Below are positions 55,775-64,000 of a stretch of 64,000 nucleotides of DNA, in pieces. Source of the stretch: Candidatus Zixiibacteriota bacterium (GTDB lineage: Bacteria; Zixibacteria; MSB-5A5; GN15; FEB-12). Below the pieces are notes generated by a model, which saw nothing but the letters and a program-made list of their open reading frames with translations, was not told the DNA's origin and did no database searches. Location of the stretch: contig JACZWU010000002.1 in NCBI GenBank assembly GCA_022571985.1, forward strand, positions 360,136 through 424,135. The letters are read 5' to 3'. The position numbers and the translations under genes were made by a program. Every line of letters starts with the position of its first letter. Position 1 is the stretch's first letter.

Positions 55775-56650
55775 TTATTGTGGTTTGCAATAAATAGCCG
55801 GCTGCACATAGTTAAGTTCTCCCGAATTCCTACTAAGACTTTCTGAAAGACCAATAAACAAAAAACCCCCTGGTTTCAATAGCTTTCCGTAGCGGTGGAC
55901 CAAATTATCTCTAAGGTCATGCCTGAAATAAATCATTACGTTTTTACAGAGAATAAAGTCGAATGGTCCTTTCATGGGCCATTCTGAAATCAAATTTAAC
56001 CTGGCAACGCGAACGTGTTGTTTTAAATCATCTTTTACTCTGTACTTTGTACGCGATTCAGGGGTGACCACTTTGGTGAAATACTTATGCATATATGTGG
56101 CCGGAAGGCTCTCCATCGTTTCTTCTGCGTACACGCCCAGACGGGCTCTATGAACCATCTCTACTGAAATATCGGTGGCCAGCATCTGGAAATCTTCTTT
56201 GGCCATATAGCGGTATTTTTCTTTAAGCAGCATGGTAAGTGAATATGGCTCCTCGCCTGATGAACAACCTGCGCTCCAGACTTTAAGCGGTTTTTGTTTA
56301 AGGTCGCGCTGTGCTAAAATATTTTTATTGATGAAGTCAAAGTGTTCCTCTTCACGGAAAAAGCTGGTCTTGTTGGTGGTCAGCAAATCGATCATTATCC
56401 GCAGCTCATTTTGGGTGCGGTCATCATTGACGTACTTTACATACTGGCGATAGCTTTTCATGCCGAGCTTTTTTATGCGGCGAATAAGTCTGGCCTGTAT
56501 TAATGGCTTTTTATTCTGAGTCAGATTTATTCCGGCTTTTTCGAGAATTAACTCGGAAATTGAGTTGAACTCGAGTTCCGATAGTTCGAAGGTTTTGCCA
56601 GCCAATTCCAGTAGTGACTTCATTTCAGCGACTTGTGACACTATTTTCAC
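55775..56650 (-). CDS. cheR: Chemotaxis protein methyltransferase CheR
   Basis: The CheR N-terminal helical domain (FNSISELILEKAGINLTQNKKPLIQARL) and the SAM-binding motif VWSAGCSSGEEPYSL. Confidence 0.92.
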   Translation of the reverse strand: MKIVSQVAEMKSLLELAGKTFELSELEFNSISELILEKAGINLTQNKKPLIQARLIRRIKKLGMKSYRQYVKYVNDDRTQNELRIMIDLLTTNKTSFFREEEHFDFINKNILAQRDLKQKPLKVWSAGCSSGEEPYSLTMLLKEKYRYMAKEDFQMLATDISVEMVHRARLGVYAEETMESLPATYMHKYFTKVVTPESRTKYRVKDDLKQHVRVARLNLISEWPMKGPFDFILCKNVMIYFRHDLRDNLVHRYGKLLKPGGFLFIGLSESLSRNSGELNYVQPAIYCKPQ

Positions 56651-56729
56651 CCATAATTAGTAAGCCTTATGTTGTTTCCTGTTTGCCAAAAATATTTCTT
56701 AATTTCTAATCAAATTTTTTCATTTAAAT

Positions 56730-56762
56730 TTCCGGGCAGCTTCATAAAAAAGCTGCCCGGAA
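56730..56762 (-). terminator. Strong hairpin between the MCP and cheR (intra-operon terminator or attenuator candidate)
   Basis: 13-bp perfect stem: ttccgggcagctt (56730-56742), 7-nt loop, aagctgcccggaa (56750-56762). On the minus strand it is followed by ATTTAAAT, only a partial U-tract. Confidence 0.45.
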
Positions 56763-56782
56763 CCAATTACCAACTATCGGAA

Positions 56783-59644
56783 TTAGAACTCTTTCAAAGC
56801 AGGTTCATTCTCCTCTTCGTTAAGTGGGAACCCTTTTTCAAGTCTATTTCCGTCAGCCTGCAGTTCAGCACCTGCATGACCGGCATTGGGTTCAGCGGCT
56901 GCGATAGTCGCTTTATTAGCCTTGACGGCTTTCTTGGCGACCAGTTGGTGAATCCTCCCTTTGAGGCCTGGGGTGACACCCGTGACTGGCCCATCATGGA
57001 ATCTTGACTGACGCCGAGCACCGTCATTGAAGACGCTTTGTTGCTCCTGCGATTTTACACCGTCGACTAATCTGACCATATCAAAGACGACTTCCTGCAT
57101 CTTCTGGGCTTGAGCTGCCAGCTCTTCACTGGCTGCAGAGGACTCTTCAGCGTTAGCAGCATTCTGCTGTGTTATTTCAGATACCATGGCCGTAGCAGTA
57201 TTGACCTGGTCGATACCCTGAGCCTGTTCTTTACTGGCAGCAGTAACTTCAGCGACTAAGACAGATACTTTCTGAATGCCGTCACTGACTTCTTTGAAGA
57301 GGGTGGACAGTTCTTCGGATGACTTGACGCCGTCTTCGGCGTTCTTTTGTGAACCTTCAATCAAATTGCTGGTGTCTTTGGCCGCCTCAGAGGATCTCAT
57401 AGCCAGATTCCTGACTTCTTCGGCAACTACTGCAAATCCTTTGCCTGCTTCACCGGCACGGGCAGCTTCAACTGCAGCGTTTAACGCTAACAGGTTAGTC
57501 TGGAAAGCAATCTCATCAATAACCTTAATTATTTTGGCTGTTTCATCTGACGACTGCTTAATCTCTAACATTGCTCCCGACATCTGATCCATTGCAGTCT
57601 TGACCTTGGCTGCCTTGGAATTGGCTTCTGAGGCCAGTGTATTAGCTTGCTCGGCGTTTTCGGCATTCTGACGGGTGGTGCCGGCCATTTCTTCCATCGA
57701 AGATGATGTCTCTTCGAGCGAAGATGACTGCTCCGAAGCTCCTTTGGCCAGGGACTGACTGGCGCTGGCTACCTGATCGGAGGCTGAAGAAATTTCTTCA
57801 GTACCTGAGGTCAATTCATTTATCGCCCGTTTCAAAGGACGAGACAGCGAGCGGGCAATTAAGACCGCAAGAATCAGGCCAAATGACACGGCGATTACAG
57901 AGAGAACTGTCAGTACGAAAATTGCCCTGTGCTCATCTGCTTCAGCTTTATGAGCGGCAGCATTGGTGGAATTCAACAGTTCCTCAAAAAGCGTTTCAAT
58001 CTCAAGATTTAGCTTATCTTCAGCTTCTTCAATGTGCTCTTCGAGAATCCGGGCACGTGAAAATTGACCAGCATTGATCATTGAGAATACTTGTTCCGCA
58101 AGCCATTCAAATTCCGTATGATGAGCTTGAATTTTCACAAGTTGAGCATAAACAGACGTCAGTTCTTCGGCTGTTTCCTCATCATGAGCCGGTAATTCTT
58201 TAATCAATTCTTCAACGCCATTGATTTCTTCTGTTACCTTGTGGCTTAGTCTTTCAAACTCTTCGACAGACTCTTCATATTTCTCTTGAGCATGAGTACC
58301 TGTTTCTTCACCAAATCTAAAGGCTCTTTCAAGGAAAATCGACTGCTCCAATTGATGTACTTCAATGGCGCTAATTGCTTTGGTCAGAGGCACCTTTTCT
58401 TCAGCTATAGTTTCAATCTCTGCACCAAGTTGGTTAAAGGTGATGACAGAGTAAGCTGCGACGATAGTCAAAAGTATAATAATAACACCAAACCCTGTAA
58501 TAAGCTTGGCACCTAAAGTTCTCTTAAAGCTGGTCTCACCAAATGCATCCTTGACCCTGGCTTGGAAAAGCACCAAAGTAATTATTAATACCAGGGTTAT
58601 TAATACAAAGAGATAGGTCCAAAAATTTCCGGCGCCGGTACTATCAACTTTTTTCTCAAAATGACTTAAGGAGCCTTCGGCGCTTTTGGCTTTCCGCAAA
58701 AGAGAGGCTATAACTGCTTCGTCTTCAGCAGAAGCTGCACCGTGGCCACCACTGGAAACACCGTGAGTACTGCTCTGTGAAGAAGCAGTGGCGCCGTGCG
58801 ATGCTTCGCTAACGGGCGATGTTCCGCTACCGTGTGATCCTCCCACACTTGCTCTGGAACCGCTATGACTGACGCCCGCCATGGCGTTCATTTCTCTCAT
58901 CGAGTTCGACTCGACATTGGCCAGAATCTGTGTGACTTTGTGCTCTGGCAGCCAGCGCACTGAACCTGTGGCGACATCATAAATCGCCCCAACGACTTTT
59001 AGCTTGCCACTGTTTACGAGGTTACGCGTAGCCGGGCTGCGCATGAACAGATCCTCGGTACCCTGCCAGACGTTTTGCACGATGGCATAGGGAATGATGT
59101 CATCACCATGGACACCGGGATGATCACTCATTGCTTGCCGGACTGCCGGTTCAATATTATCCACCAGCGGTGGAATATTCAATTCAAGAGGGTGACCCGT
59201 ACCAAGTACGGCATGAGTCACGGCAGTAACTGCGCCGCACTGAGTATGCCCGAGTATTACGAGCACAGGCGTATTGACATGGGCAATACCATACTCGATG
59301 GAGCCGACCTCGTCAACATCACAAACGTTACCCGCAACCCGGATAACGAATATGTCCATAATGCCGGCATCGAATAAGCGCTCCACAGGCACGCGGGAGT
59401 CAGAACAGGTGATGACCGTAGCGTAGGCGTGATTACCTTGATTCTCTCTGCCGGCCTGCGCCAAGCGGAGAGCATTTGTATGCGGGTGCTTACTGACGCC
59501 CGCAAGAAATCTTTCATTGCCCTTCTTGAGCAAGTTTAGACACTTGCTCGGACTGGGCTGTTTAGCGAAAAGTGTCATACTTGACACCAGTGCCATCAGC
59601 ACAGTCAGGACAACGAATTTGGTTAATGTTTTCATTTGCTTCAT
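56783..59644 (-). CDS. Methyl-accepting chemotaxis protein with N-terminal periplasmic beta-carbonic-anhydrase domain and a second periplasmic four-helix-bundle domain
   Basis: Signal peptide. The beta-CA motifs are [30 protein letters not shown] and [13 protein letters not shown]...[14 protein letters not shown] His/Ser/Gly-rich linker follows, then a TM hairpin, a ~190-aa helical domain and a third TM. The MCP hairpin tip is [38 protein letters not shown]. Confidence 0.85.
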   Translation of the reverse strand: MKQMKTLTKFVVLTVLMALVSSMTLFAKQPSPSKCLNLLKKGNERFLAGVSKHPHTNALRLAQAGRENQGNHAYATVITCSDSRVPVERLFDAGIMDIFVIRVAGNVCDVDEVGSIEYGIAHVNTPVLVILGHTQCGAVTAVTHAVLGTGHPLELNIPPLVDNIEPAVRQAMSDHPGVHGDDIIPYAIVQNVWQGTEDLFMRSPATRNLVNSGKLKVVGAIYDVATGSVRWLPEHKVTQILANVESNSMREMNAMAGVSHSGSRASVGGSHGSGTSPVSEASHGATASSQSSTHGVSSGGHGAASAEDEAVIASLLRKAKSAEGSLSHFEKKVDSTGAGNFWTYLFVLITLVLIITLVLFQARVKDAFGETSFKRTLGAKLITGFGVIIILLTIVAAYSVITFNQLGAEIETIAEEKVPLTKAISAIEVHQLEQSIFLERAFRFGEETGTHAQEKYEESVEEFERLSHKVTEEINGVEELIKELPAHDEETAEELTSVYAQLVKIQAHHTEFEWLAEQVFSMINAGQFSRARILEEHIEEAEDKLNLEIETLFEELLNSTNAAAHKAEADEHRAIFVLTVLSVIAVSFGLILAVLIARSLSRPLKRAINELTSGTEEISSASDQVASASQSLAKGASEQSSSLEETSSSMEEMAGTTRQNAENAEQANTLASEANSKAAKVKTAMDQMSGAMLEIKQSSDETAKIIKVIDEIAFQTNLLALNAAVEAARAGEAGKGFAVVAEEVRNLAMRSSEAAKDTSNLIEGSQKNAEDGVKSSEELSTLFKEVSDGIQKVSVLVAEVTAASKEQAQGIDQVNTATAMVSEITQQNAANAEESSAASEELAAQAQKMQEVVFDMVRLVDGVKSQEQQSVFNDGARRQSRFHDGPVTGVTPGLKGRIHQLVAKKAVKANKATIAAAEPNAGHAGAELQADGNRLEKGFPLNEEENEPALKEF

Positions 59645-59680
59645 TCCTTTTGTTTATAGGTAGAATTAATTTGGTTCATG

Positions 59681-60691
59681 TTAAAATCCGGCAACTACTT
59701 GCAGGATGTTCGTGTTGTCATTGCTGTCTTTATAAAATGAAGATGCGAACCTGATTTCTACACTTTCTTCAATAATCCAGCCTACTCCGGCGGTGAAACG
59801 GTTGTTAATCTCTTCACCTTCCCTTTTGACTGATCCATAGCGCCCAACCAGGAACATCTTATCAAAACTATATAATGATTGAAAATAATATCCGTTTTGC
59901 TTTTCTTCATCATAAGAGCGATTATAAAGATGGTTAATATATTCGCCCTTAAGACTGAGTCTGTCATTCAATTCGTATTGGAAATCAGCGCCAAAGAGAG
60001 ACATTTCGTTGCCTCCGGATGCATTGATGCCTATTGCCCAGGAGCCGCCGACTTCAAGATTTTCGACAGGAGTCACTCCCAGACGACCTCCAATAGCGTT
60101 AGCAGGAGTCGTGTTCATTTCTTCACCAACTGCCACTCCCAATGATAAAGCCAGGGCAGTGTCGGTTGTTGAATAAGATGAAGCGAAGCCATTTACCCAG
60201 AAGACCACCAGGTTGCCTGATTTAGATTCGGCATTGAATCTGAATCCAAAGTCAACCCAACTGCCGTGGGTCTGAAATACTACAAGCGGGATGTCAGTAA
60301 GCCTGCGTATTGGAGACGGATTAACCTGGTAGTCAGCTCCGAAGGGAACGTCGAACATACCTCCGTAAACCGTTGCTGAAGTTACAAAATCTTCATTATT
60401 ATTGTGAAGATTTAGCCCGACTTCCGCAGCTGCCAGCTGAAAATTGCCGTTATTACTGTTATAGGCAGTTACCACCTGGCCGGATGACTTCTCAGAGAAC
60501 TGTCTGAAAAAAGAAATCTCAGCCTGATTCAAGGCGAAATTGGTGGCATCAGCTTTGCCGTTACTGTAAATACCAATTACATCAAAGAAACCACTGATTA
60601 CCAGATCATCTGCTGCGGTCACTTCTGCAGGCACAAAAGATGTTACTGCGAGTAACATTAGTGTAAACAGTATCGTAAAAGGTTTTCTCAT
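59681..60691 (-). CDS. Porin-like outer-membrane beta-barrel protein
   Basis: Signal peptide MRKPFTILFTLMLLAVTSFVPAEVTA. Amphipathic beta-strand periodicity and a C-terminal ...LQVVAGF. I set the start at ATG 60691, inside the conserved 25-nt motif. Confidence 0.65.
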   Translation of the reverse strand: MRKPFTILFTLMLLAVTSFVPAEVTAADDLVISGFFDVIGIYSNGKADATNFALNQAEISFFRQFSEKSSGQVVTAYNSNNGNFQLAAAEVGLNLHNNNEDFVTSATVYGGMFDVPFGADYQVNPSPIRRLTDIPLVVFQTHGSWVDFGFRFNAESKSGNLVVFWVNGFASSYSTTDTALALSLGVAVGEEMNTTPANAIGGRLGVTPVENLEVGGSWAIGINASGGNEMSLFGADFQYELNDRLSLKGEYINHLYNRSYDEEKQNGYYFQSLYSFDKMFLVGRYGSVKREGEEINNRFTAGVGWIIEESVEIRFASSFYKDSNDNTNILQVVAGF

Positions 60692-60712
60692 TGCATGACT
60701 TCCCAAGGTTGT
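60688..60712 (-). promoter_or_regulatory. Conserved 25-nt element spanning the start codon (copy 1 of 2)
   Basis: On the minus strand: ACAACCTTGGGAAGTCATGCAATGA. It is identical at 24 of 25 positions to 62223..62247. Confidence 0.5.
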
Positions 60713-60732
60713 TTGTCAATTTCCAAAAATAT

Positions 60733-62226
60733 CTAGAATTTGAATAGCGTGTTCAAAAACAGCATACTGTTAGTGTCTTTGGCATCATCCTCGTAGCTGG
60801 TGATTCGGTAATTGAGAGCCACCTTAAAACTGTACACAGGCTTGCTTTCAATTCCGAAAACAGTAAGTGTTTCACTATTATTATCCTTGCCCTTATCAGG
60901 GTCATACAGATCCAGACGACCGATAATAGCGAGATTTTTTAGAATCACATTCTTCGACAACCTATACAGATAGTATGCTCCAAAAATTGACAGTCCTTGT
61001 TTCTTTACTGCAGATTTTGAGGCACCTTTTCCGAGAGTTAAGAAGTTCAGGTCAAAGCCAAAATCGACAGTATGATTCCAGACGAATGCTCCGCCCACGG
61101 AAATCAGCTGTCGTTTCCAATCGGAACCCGTCACGGTTGTAACCGTTGTATCCCACGGCGTCATCGATGTGTCAGTTGTCACTATGTCATCAAGCGACTC
61201 ATTCTGGGTACCGGAATAGAACTGCATCAGAAAAGAAGTATTCTTGAAGTCATGCGAGCCTTTGAAGGGCGTCAGCAGGGTAACAAAACTAAAGTCCTTT
61301 CGGCTGTTGTGTTCTTGAACATGTGTGTAGCTCGTGCCGTTCAGCATTGCCAGCTTGACAAAACCGAACTCTGCCTTTGGTCCGAAACCAACGGTTGTTG
61401 AGACACCCAGATCTGATGACGTTAGAAAGTGATGTAGATCACCGATGGTTGCTGCCGCATAACGCCTGCCCCACAGCTTGTTCATATAATCGATATACTC
61501 TGTCGGCTGAAGACCGAAACGGAGCCCCACTATGCCTTTGGTAAAGGCCGGCTTCCAGTCGAAATAGGCGTACTTGAGTATGATGTTGTACTTATCGTCG
61601 ATTGTCTTGAGGTCTGTGGTAACTCGAATGCTTGCGTAATCGGAAATTTTTGACCGTACGGTCAAATAGGCACGGGACAGCGCGAATTCGCTATGGCTGC
61701 CTTCGTTGTTCGAAATATTCGTGAAAACGTGACTGTACAATTTACCATTGACCGTCGTCTTTGAATGTTTGTCGCTGCTGTGGTGTGTTTTGGCAGGCTT
61801 ATGGTGGCCAGCTGCAGGAGAACCAGCATGATCGAGCGACGCGTATTGCGTACCGTTCTTATCAAAATATTTCTCAAGTTCCACTACCTGCAGGTGGAGT
61901 ACCGACAGTTCATGGATGACGTCAGCCAGCTGTTTGTCAGTTACGCCGCCTGTCACATGCCCTTTGGCAGATTTTTGATTTTTGGCAATAGCCGACTTCA
62001 ATTCGGCTAACTGCCGACTACGTATTGTTGCTTCCTGCTTGATCAGATTCTTGAGGTTGTTCTCAATTTTATCAACCGCCTCAAGTAGTGCATCAAAATC
62101 CTGAGCAATCGCAGATTGCCCCAAGGACATGACCACCAACAAAGTTGTCACGAGCATCATGATTAAATTACTTTTCATGACTTTACCTCTCCCTTTTTCT
62201 TGTGAAATTGATTTTCTTGTCATCAT
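60733..62226 (-). CDS. Porin-like outer-membrane protein with N-terminal coiled coil and His-rich tract
   Basis: The coiled coil is LEAVDKIENNLKNLIKQEATIRSRQLAELK. The His-rich tract is AAGHHKPAKTHHSSDKHSK. The barrel part is FALSRAYLTVRSKISDYASIRVTTDL...KYAYFDWKP, with a C-terminal LNTLFKF. Start choices are 62226 (the ATG inside the conserved motif), 62178 (GGAGAGG upstream) or 62268 (ORF track). Confidence 0.6.
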   Translation of the reverse strand: MMTRKSISQEKGRGKVMKSNLIMMLVTTLLVVMSLGQSAIAQDFDALLEAVDKIENNLKNLIKQEATIRSRQLAELKSAIAKNQKSAKGHVTGGVTDKQLADVIHELSVLHLQVVELEKYFDKNGTQYASLDHAGSPAAGHHKPAKTHHSSDKHSKTTVNGKLYSHVFTNISNNEGSHSEFALSRAYLTVRSKISDYASIRVTTDLKTIDDKYNIILKYAYFDWKPAFTKGIVGLRFGLQPTEYIDYMNKLWGRRYAAATIGDLHHFLTSSDLGVSTTVGFGPKAEFGFVKLAMLNGTSYTHVQEHNSRKDFSFVTLLTPFKGSHDFKNTSFLMQFYSGTQNESLDDIVTTDTSMTPWDTTVTTVTGSDWKRQLISVGGAFVWNHTVDFGFDLNFLTLGKGASKSAVKKQGLSIFGAYYLYRLSKNVILKNLAIIGRLDLYDPDKGKDNNSETLTVFGIESKPVYSFKVALNYRITSYEDDAKDTNSMLFLNTLFKF

Positions 62227-62247
62227 TGCTTGACTTCCCAAGGTTGT
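62223..62247 (-). promoter_or_regulatory. Conserved 25-nt element spanning a candidate start codon (copy 2 of 2)
   Basis: On the minus strand: ACAACCTTGGGAAGTCAAGCAATGA. Confidence 0.5.
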
Positions 62248-62289
62248 ATATTTACGATTTAGATACATTTCTATTCAATTTCGATTCAT

Positions 62290-62904
62290 TTAAGCCGGAA
62301 CCGGTTCGGCTGTTTGTTCAAGATCGCCCTCGGCTTTTTGTTTAGAATCGGCCTCGGCTGTTTGTTTAAGATCGCCCAGGCCAGAAACGTCCACCTCACC
62401 CAGGACCTTGTCTATATCCAGCAGTATCTTTACTTCATCCTTGACTTTACCCATTCCCATGATAAAATCAGTATTGATACCGCCACCAAAGCTCGGTGCG
62501 GCTTCGATATCGGTCGTCTTAATCTCCAGCACTTCGGAGACAGAATCGACGAGAATGCCCATCTGGATAGGTGCACCCTGCATGACCACTTCGACCACAA
62601 TGATGCATGTCCTTTCTGTGTCTTCAATAGTCTCCATTCCAAATTTAGTTCTCAGTTCCAGAACCGGGATCACCTTTCCCCTGAGGTTGATCACACCCCG
62701 GATGTAGTGTGGTGTCTGGGGGACCTGGGTTATGTCCATCAATCCGATGATTTCCCGGACGCTCAAGATTTGCAGCCCGTACTCTTCTTGACCGAGAAAG
62801 AACGAAAGGAACTTACTTCCTTTGCCGTCTTCGCTCTGGCCTGTTGCACTGCCCTGGCTTTTCGCAAAATCCAGAGCTTTTGATACTTTTTCCTGCGTTG
62901 TCAT
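62290..62904 (-). CDS. cheW: Chemotaxis coupling protein CheW
   Basis: FLSFFLGQEEYGLQILSVREIIGLMDITQVPQTPHYIRGVINLRGKVIPVLELRTKFG. Confidence 0.9.
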   Translation of the reverse strand: MTTQEKVSKALDFAKSQGSATGQSEDGKGSKFLSFFLGQEEYGLQILSVREIIGLMDITQVPQTPHYIRGVINLRGKVIPVLELRTKFGMETIEDTERTCIIVVEVVMQGAPIQMGILVDSVSEVLEIKTTDIEAAPSFGGGINTDFIMGMGKVKDEVKILLDIDKVLGEVDVSGLGDLKQTAEADSKQKAEGDLEQTAEPVPA

Positions 62905-62918
62905 TAAGACCTCCTAAG

Positions 62919-64000
62919 TTATTGTTTAACAGTTTCTGTTTTCTGTCCATTACTGCTCTTATTAGCAATAATACTCTGTTCAATTTTTGTTGTCCTAAAC
63001 GACTGGCGAGCCATTGTCGCCAGTTCTATAGTATCCAGAATCAGGCCGACATGTCCGTCACCCAGAATAGCCCCGCCCGATACGCCGGGAACTTTGCCCA
63101 AGCCGTCGCTGATGGGCTTGGCTACTACCTGCTGCTGGTTAAGCAGTTCGTCTACCATAAGGGCGCATGGGTTTTTTCCATCACCAACAATTACCAGCAG
63201 GCTGTCAGTCATGACTTCTATCGCCCCTTTTATGCCAAAGATTTCATAAAGGCGGTAAACCGGAATAACCTGACCATGCAGCAATACCATTTCACCTCTT
63301 CCGGCAACTGTCGAAATCTGTTCAGCATTCGGTCTGAAACTTCTATTAATATTGATTGTCGGAATAATGAAATGTTCTTTGCCGACTTTGACCAGCATGC
63401 CATCGGTGATTGCCATTGTCAGAGGCAATTGCATGATAAACTCTGTTCCTTTGCCGAACTCAGAAGCAATATTAATTCTTCCACCCAAGGCGTCTATGCC
63501 TCTCTTGACAACATCCATGCCGACGCCCCTGCCGGAAAGATCAGTTACGTTTTCAACGGTAGAGAAACCAGGTTTTAGAATAAGCTCGAATATTTCACTG
63601 TCTGTCATGCCCTTATCAGACTCTATCAGACTTTTCTCGATTGCTTTTTCGACAATACGCTGGCGATTAAGTCCGGCGCCGTCGTCTTCAATTTTTATAA
63701 GAACATTACTACCGGAGCGCAGAGCTGCCAGTCGAATTGTTCCCTGAGCAGGTTTGTTTGCTTTGCTTCTCACTTCTGCTGATTCGATACCGTGGTCAAC
63801 AGCGTTTCTGACCATATGAACCAGAGGGTCAGAGATAATATCAACCATATTACGATCGATCTCTTCGTCTTCACCCTGTGTAATTAACTGTACGCTTTTG
63901 CCACACTTCTGGGCAGCATCGCGAACTAATCTGGCCATTTTCTGGAAAGTCGCTTTTAGAGGAACCATTCTCATCGACATACTAAGGTCCTGAAGCTCCC
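62919..64000 (-). CDS. cheA: Chemotaxis histidine kinase CheA (C-terminal part; the 5' end lies beyond the window)
   Basis: The frame stays open upstream of the track's Met to the window edge (..ELQDLSMSMRMVPL). Motifs include RMVPLKATFQKMARLVRDAA, DPLVHMVRNAVDHGIE, DDGAGLN and GRGVGMDVV. A C-terminal CheW-like domain is present. Confidence 0.9.
   Translation of the reverse strand, partial: ELQDLSMSMRMVPLKATFQKMARLVRDAAQKCGKSVQLITQGEDEEIDRNMVDIISDPLVHMVRNAVDHGIESAEVRSKANKPAQGTIRLAALRSGSNVLIKIEDDGAGLNRQRIVEKAIEKSLIESDKGMTDSEIFELILKPGFSTVENVTDLSGRGVGMDVVKRGIDALGGRINIASEFGKGTEFIMQLPLTMAITDGMLVKVGKEHFIIPTININRSFRPNAEQISTVAGRGEMVLLHGQVIPVYRLYEIFGIKGAIEVMTDSLLVIVGDGKNPCALMVDELLNQQQVVAKPISDGLGKVPGVSGGAILGDGHVGLILDTIELATMARQSFRTTKIEQSIIANKSSNGQKTETVKQ

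Noticed and set aside
62314-63747. Long plus-strand ORFs (189, 244 and 131 aa) opposite cheW and cheA.
   Set aside because: They are antisense to strongly supported che genes and are low-complexity with no motifs. These are typical shadow ORFs.
1-64000. A search for tRNA, rRNA, CRISPR arrays, transposases, integrases, toxin-antitoxin or known defence-system genes.
   Set aside because: I found none by eye. There are no regularly spaced direct repeats, no tRNA T-arm/acceptor patterns, and no DDE, tyrosine-recombinase or nuclease motifs in the translated ORFs. The accessory character of this window comes from surface and signalling genes, not mobile elements.

Overview
This 64-kb window looks like a fragment of an uncultured Gram-negative bacterium. 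The outer-membrane barrels, a T9SS-type C-terminal domain and dockerin-like tags resemble FCB-superphylum candidate lineages, but the taxon cannot be fixed from sequence alone. I support about 45 protein genes, most on the minus strand. I saw no rRNA, tRNA, CRISPR array, transposase or phage genes.

Three themes stand out:

1. **A cohesin/dockerin-like surface system.** Six otherwise unrelated secreted proteins end in the same ~70-aa Cys-bracketed double calcium-loop (dockerin-like) tag. A 1615-aa protein carries two cohesin-like modules plus its own degenerate dockerin-like segment. It is the last gene of a tightly packed minus-strand run: Ser/Thr kinase, two TPR + CsgG/LpoB-like proteins, an outer-membrane barrel, then the giant protein. 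I read this as a candidate non-cellulolytic surface-assembly system with its own envelope apparatus.

2. **An unusual chemosensory operon** (cheA-cheW-porin-porin-MCP-cheR-cheD-cheY-cheX-cheB). Its only receptor is a periplasmic beta-carbonic-anhydrase domain fused to a four-helix-bundle methyl-accepting chemotaxis protein. Two porin-like genes sit inside the operon.

3. **Dense Ser/Thr signalling.** There are three kinases, a GAF-PP2C phosphatase, an ECF sigma/anti-sigma pair and a decayed FHA/histidine-kinase chimera.

Housekeeping genes fill the rest: 1-Cys peroxiredoxin, a ThrC-like enzyme, a GlpX-like enzyme, Nfu, ApbC/Mrp, an aminotransferase, SthA, an MBL-rhodanese protein, PspC and PilZ.

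All domain calls come from motif recognition by eye. No database search or computation was run.
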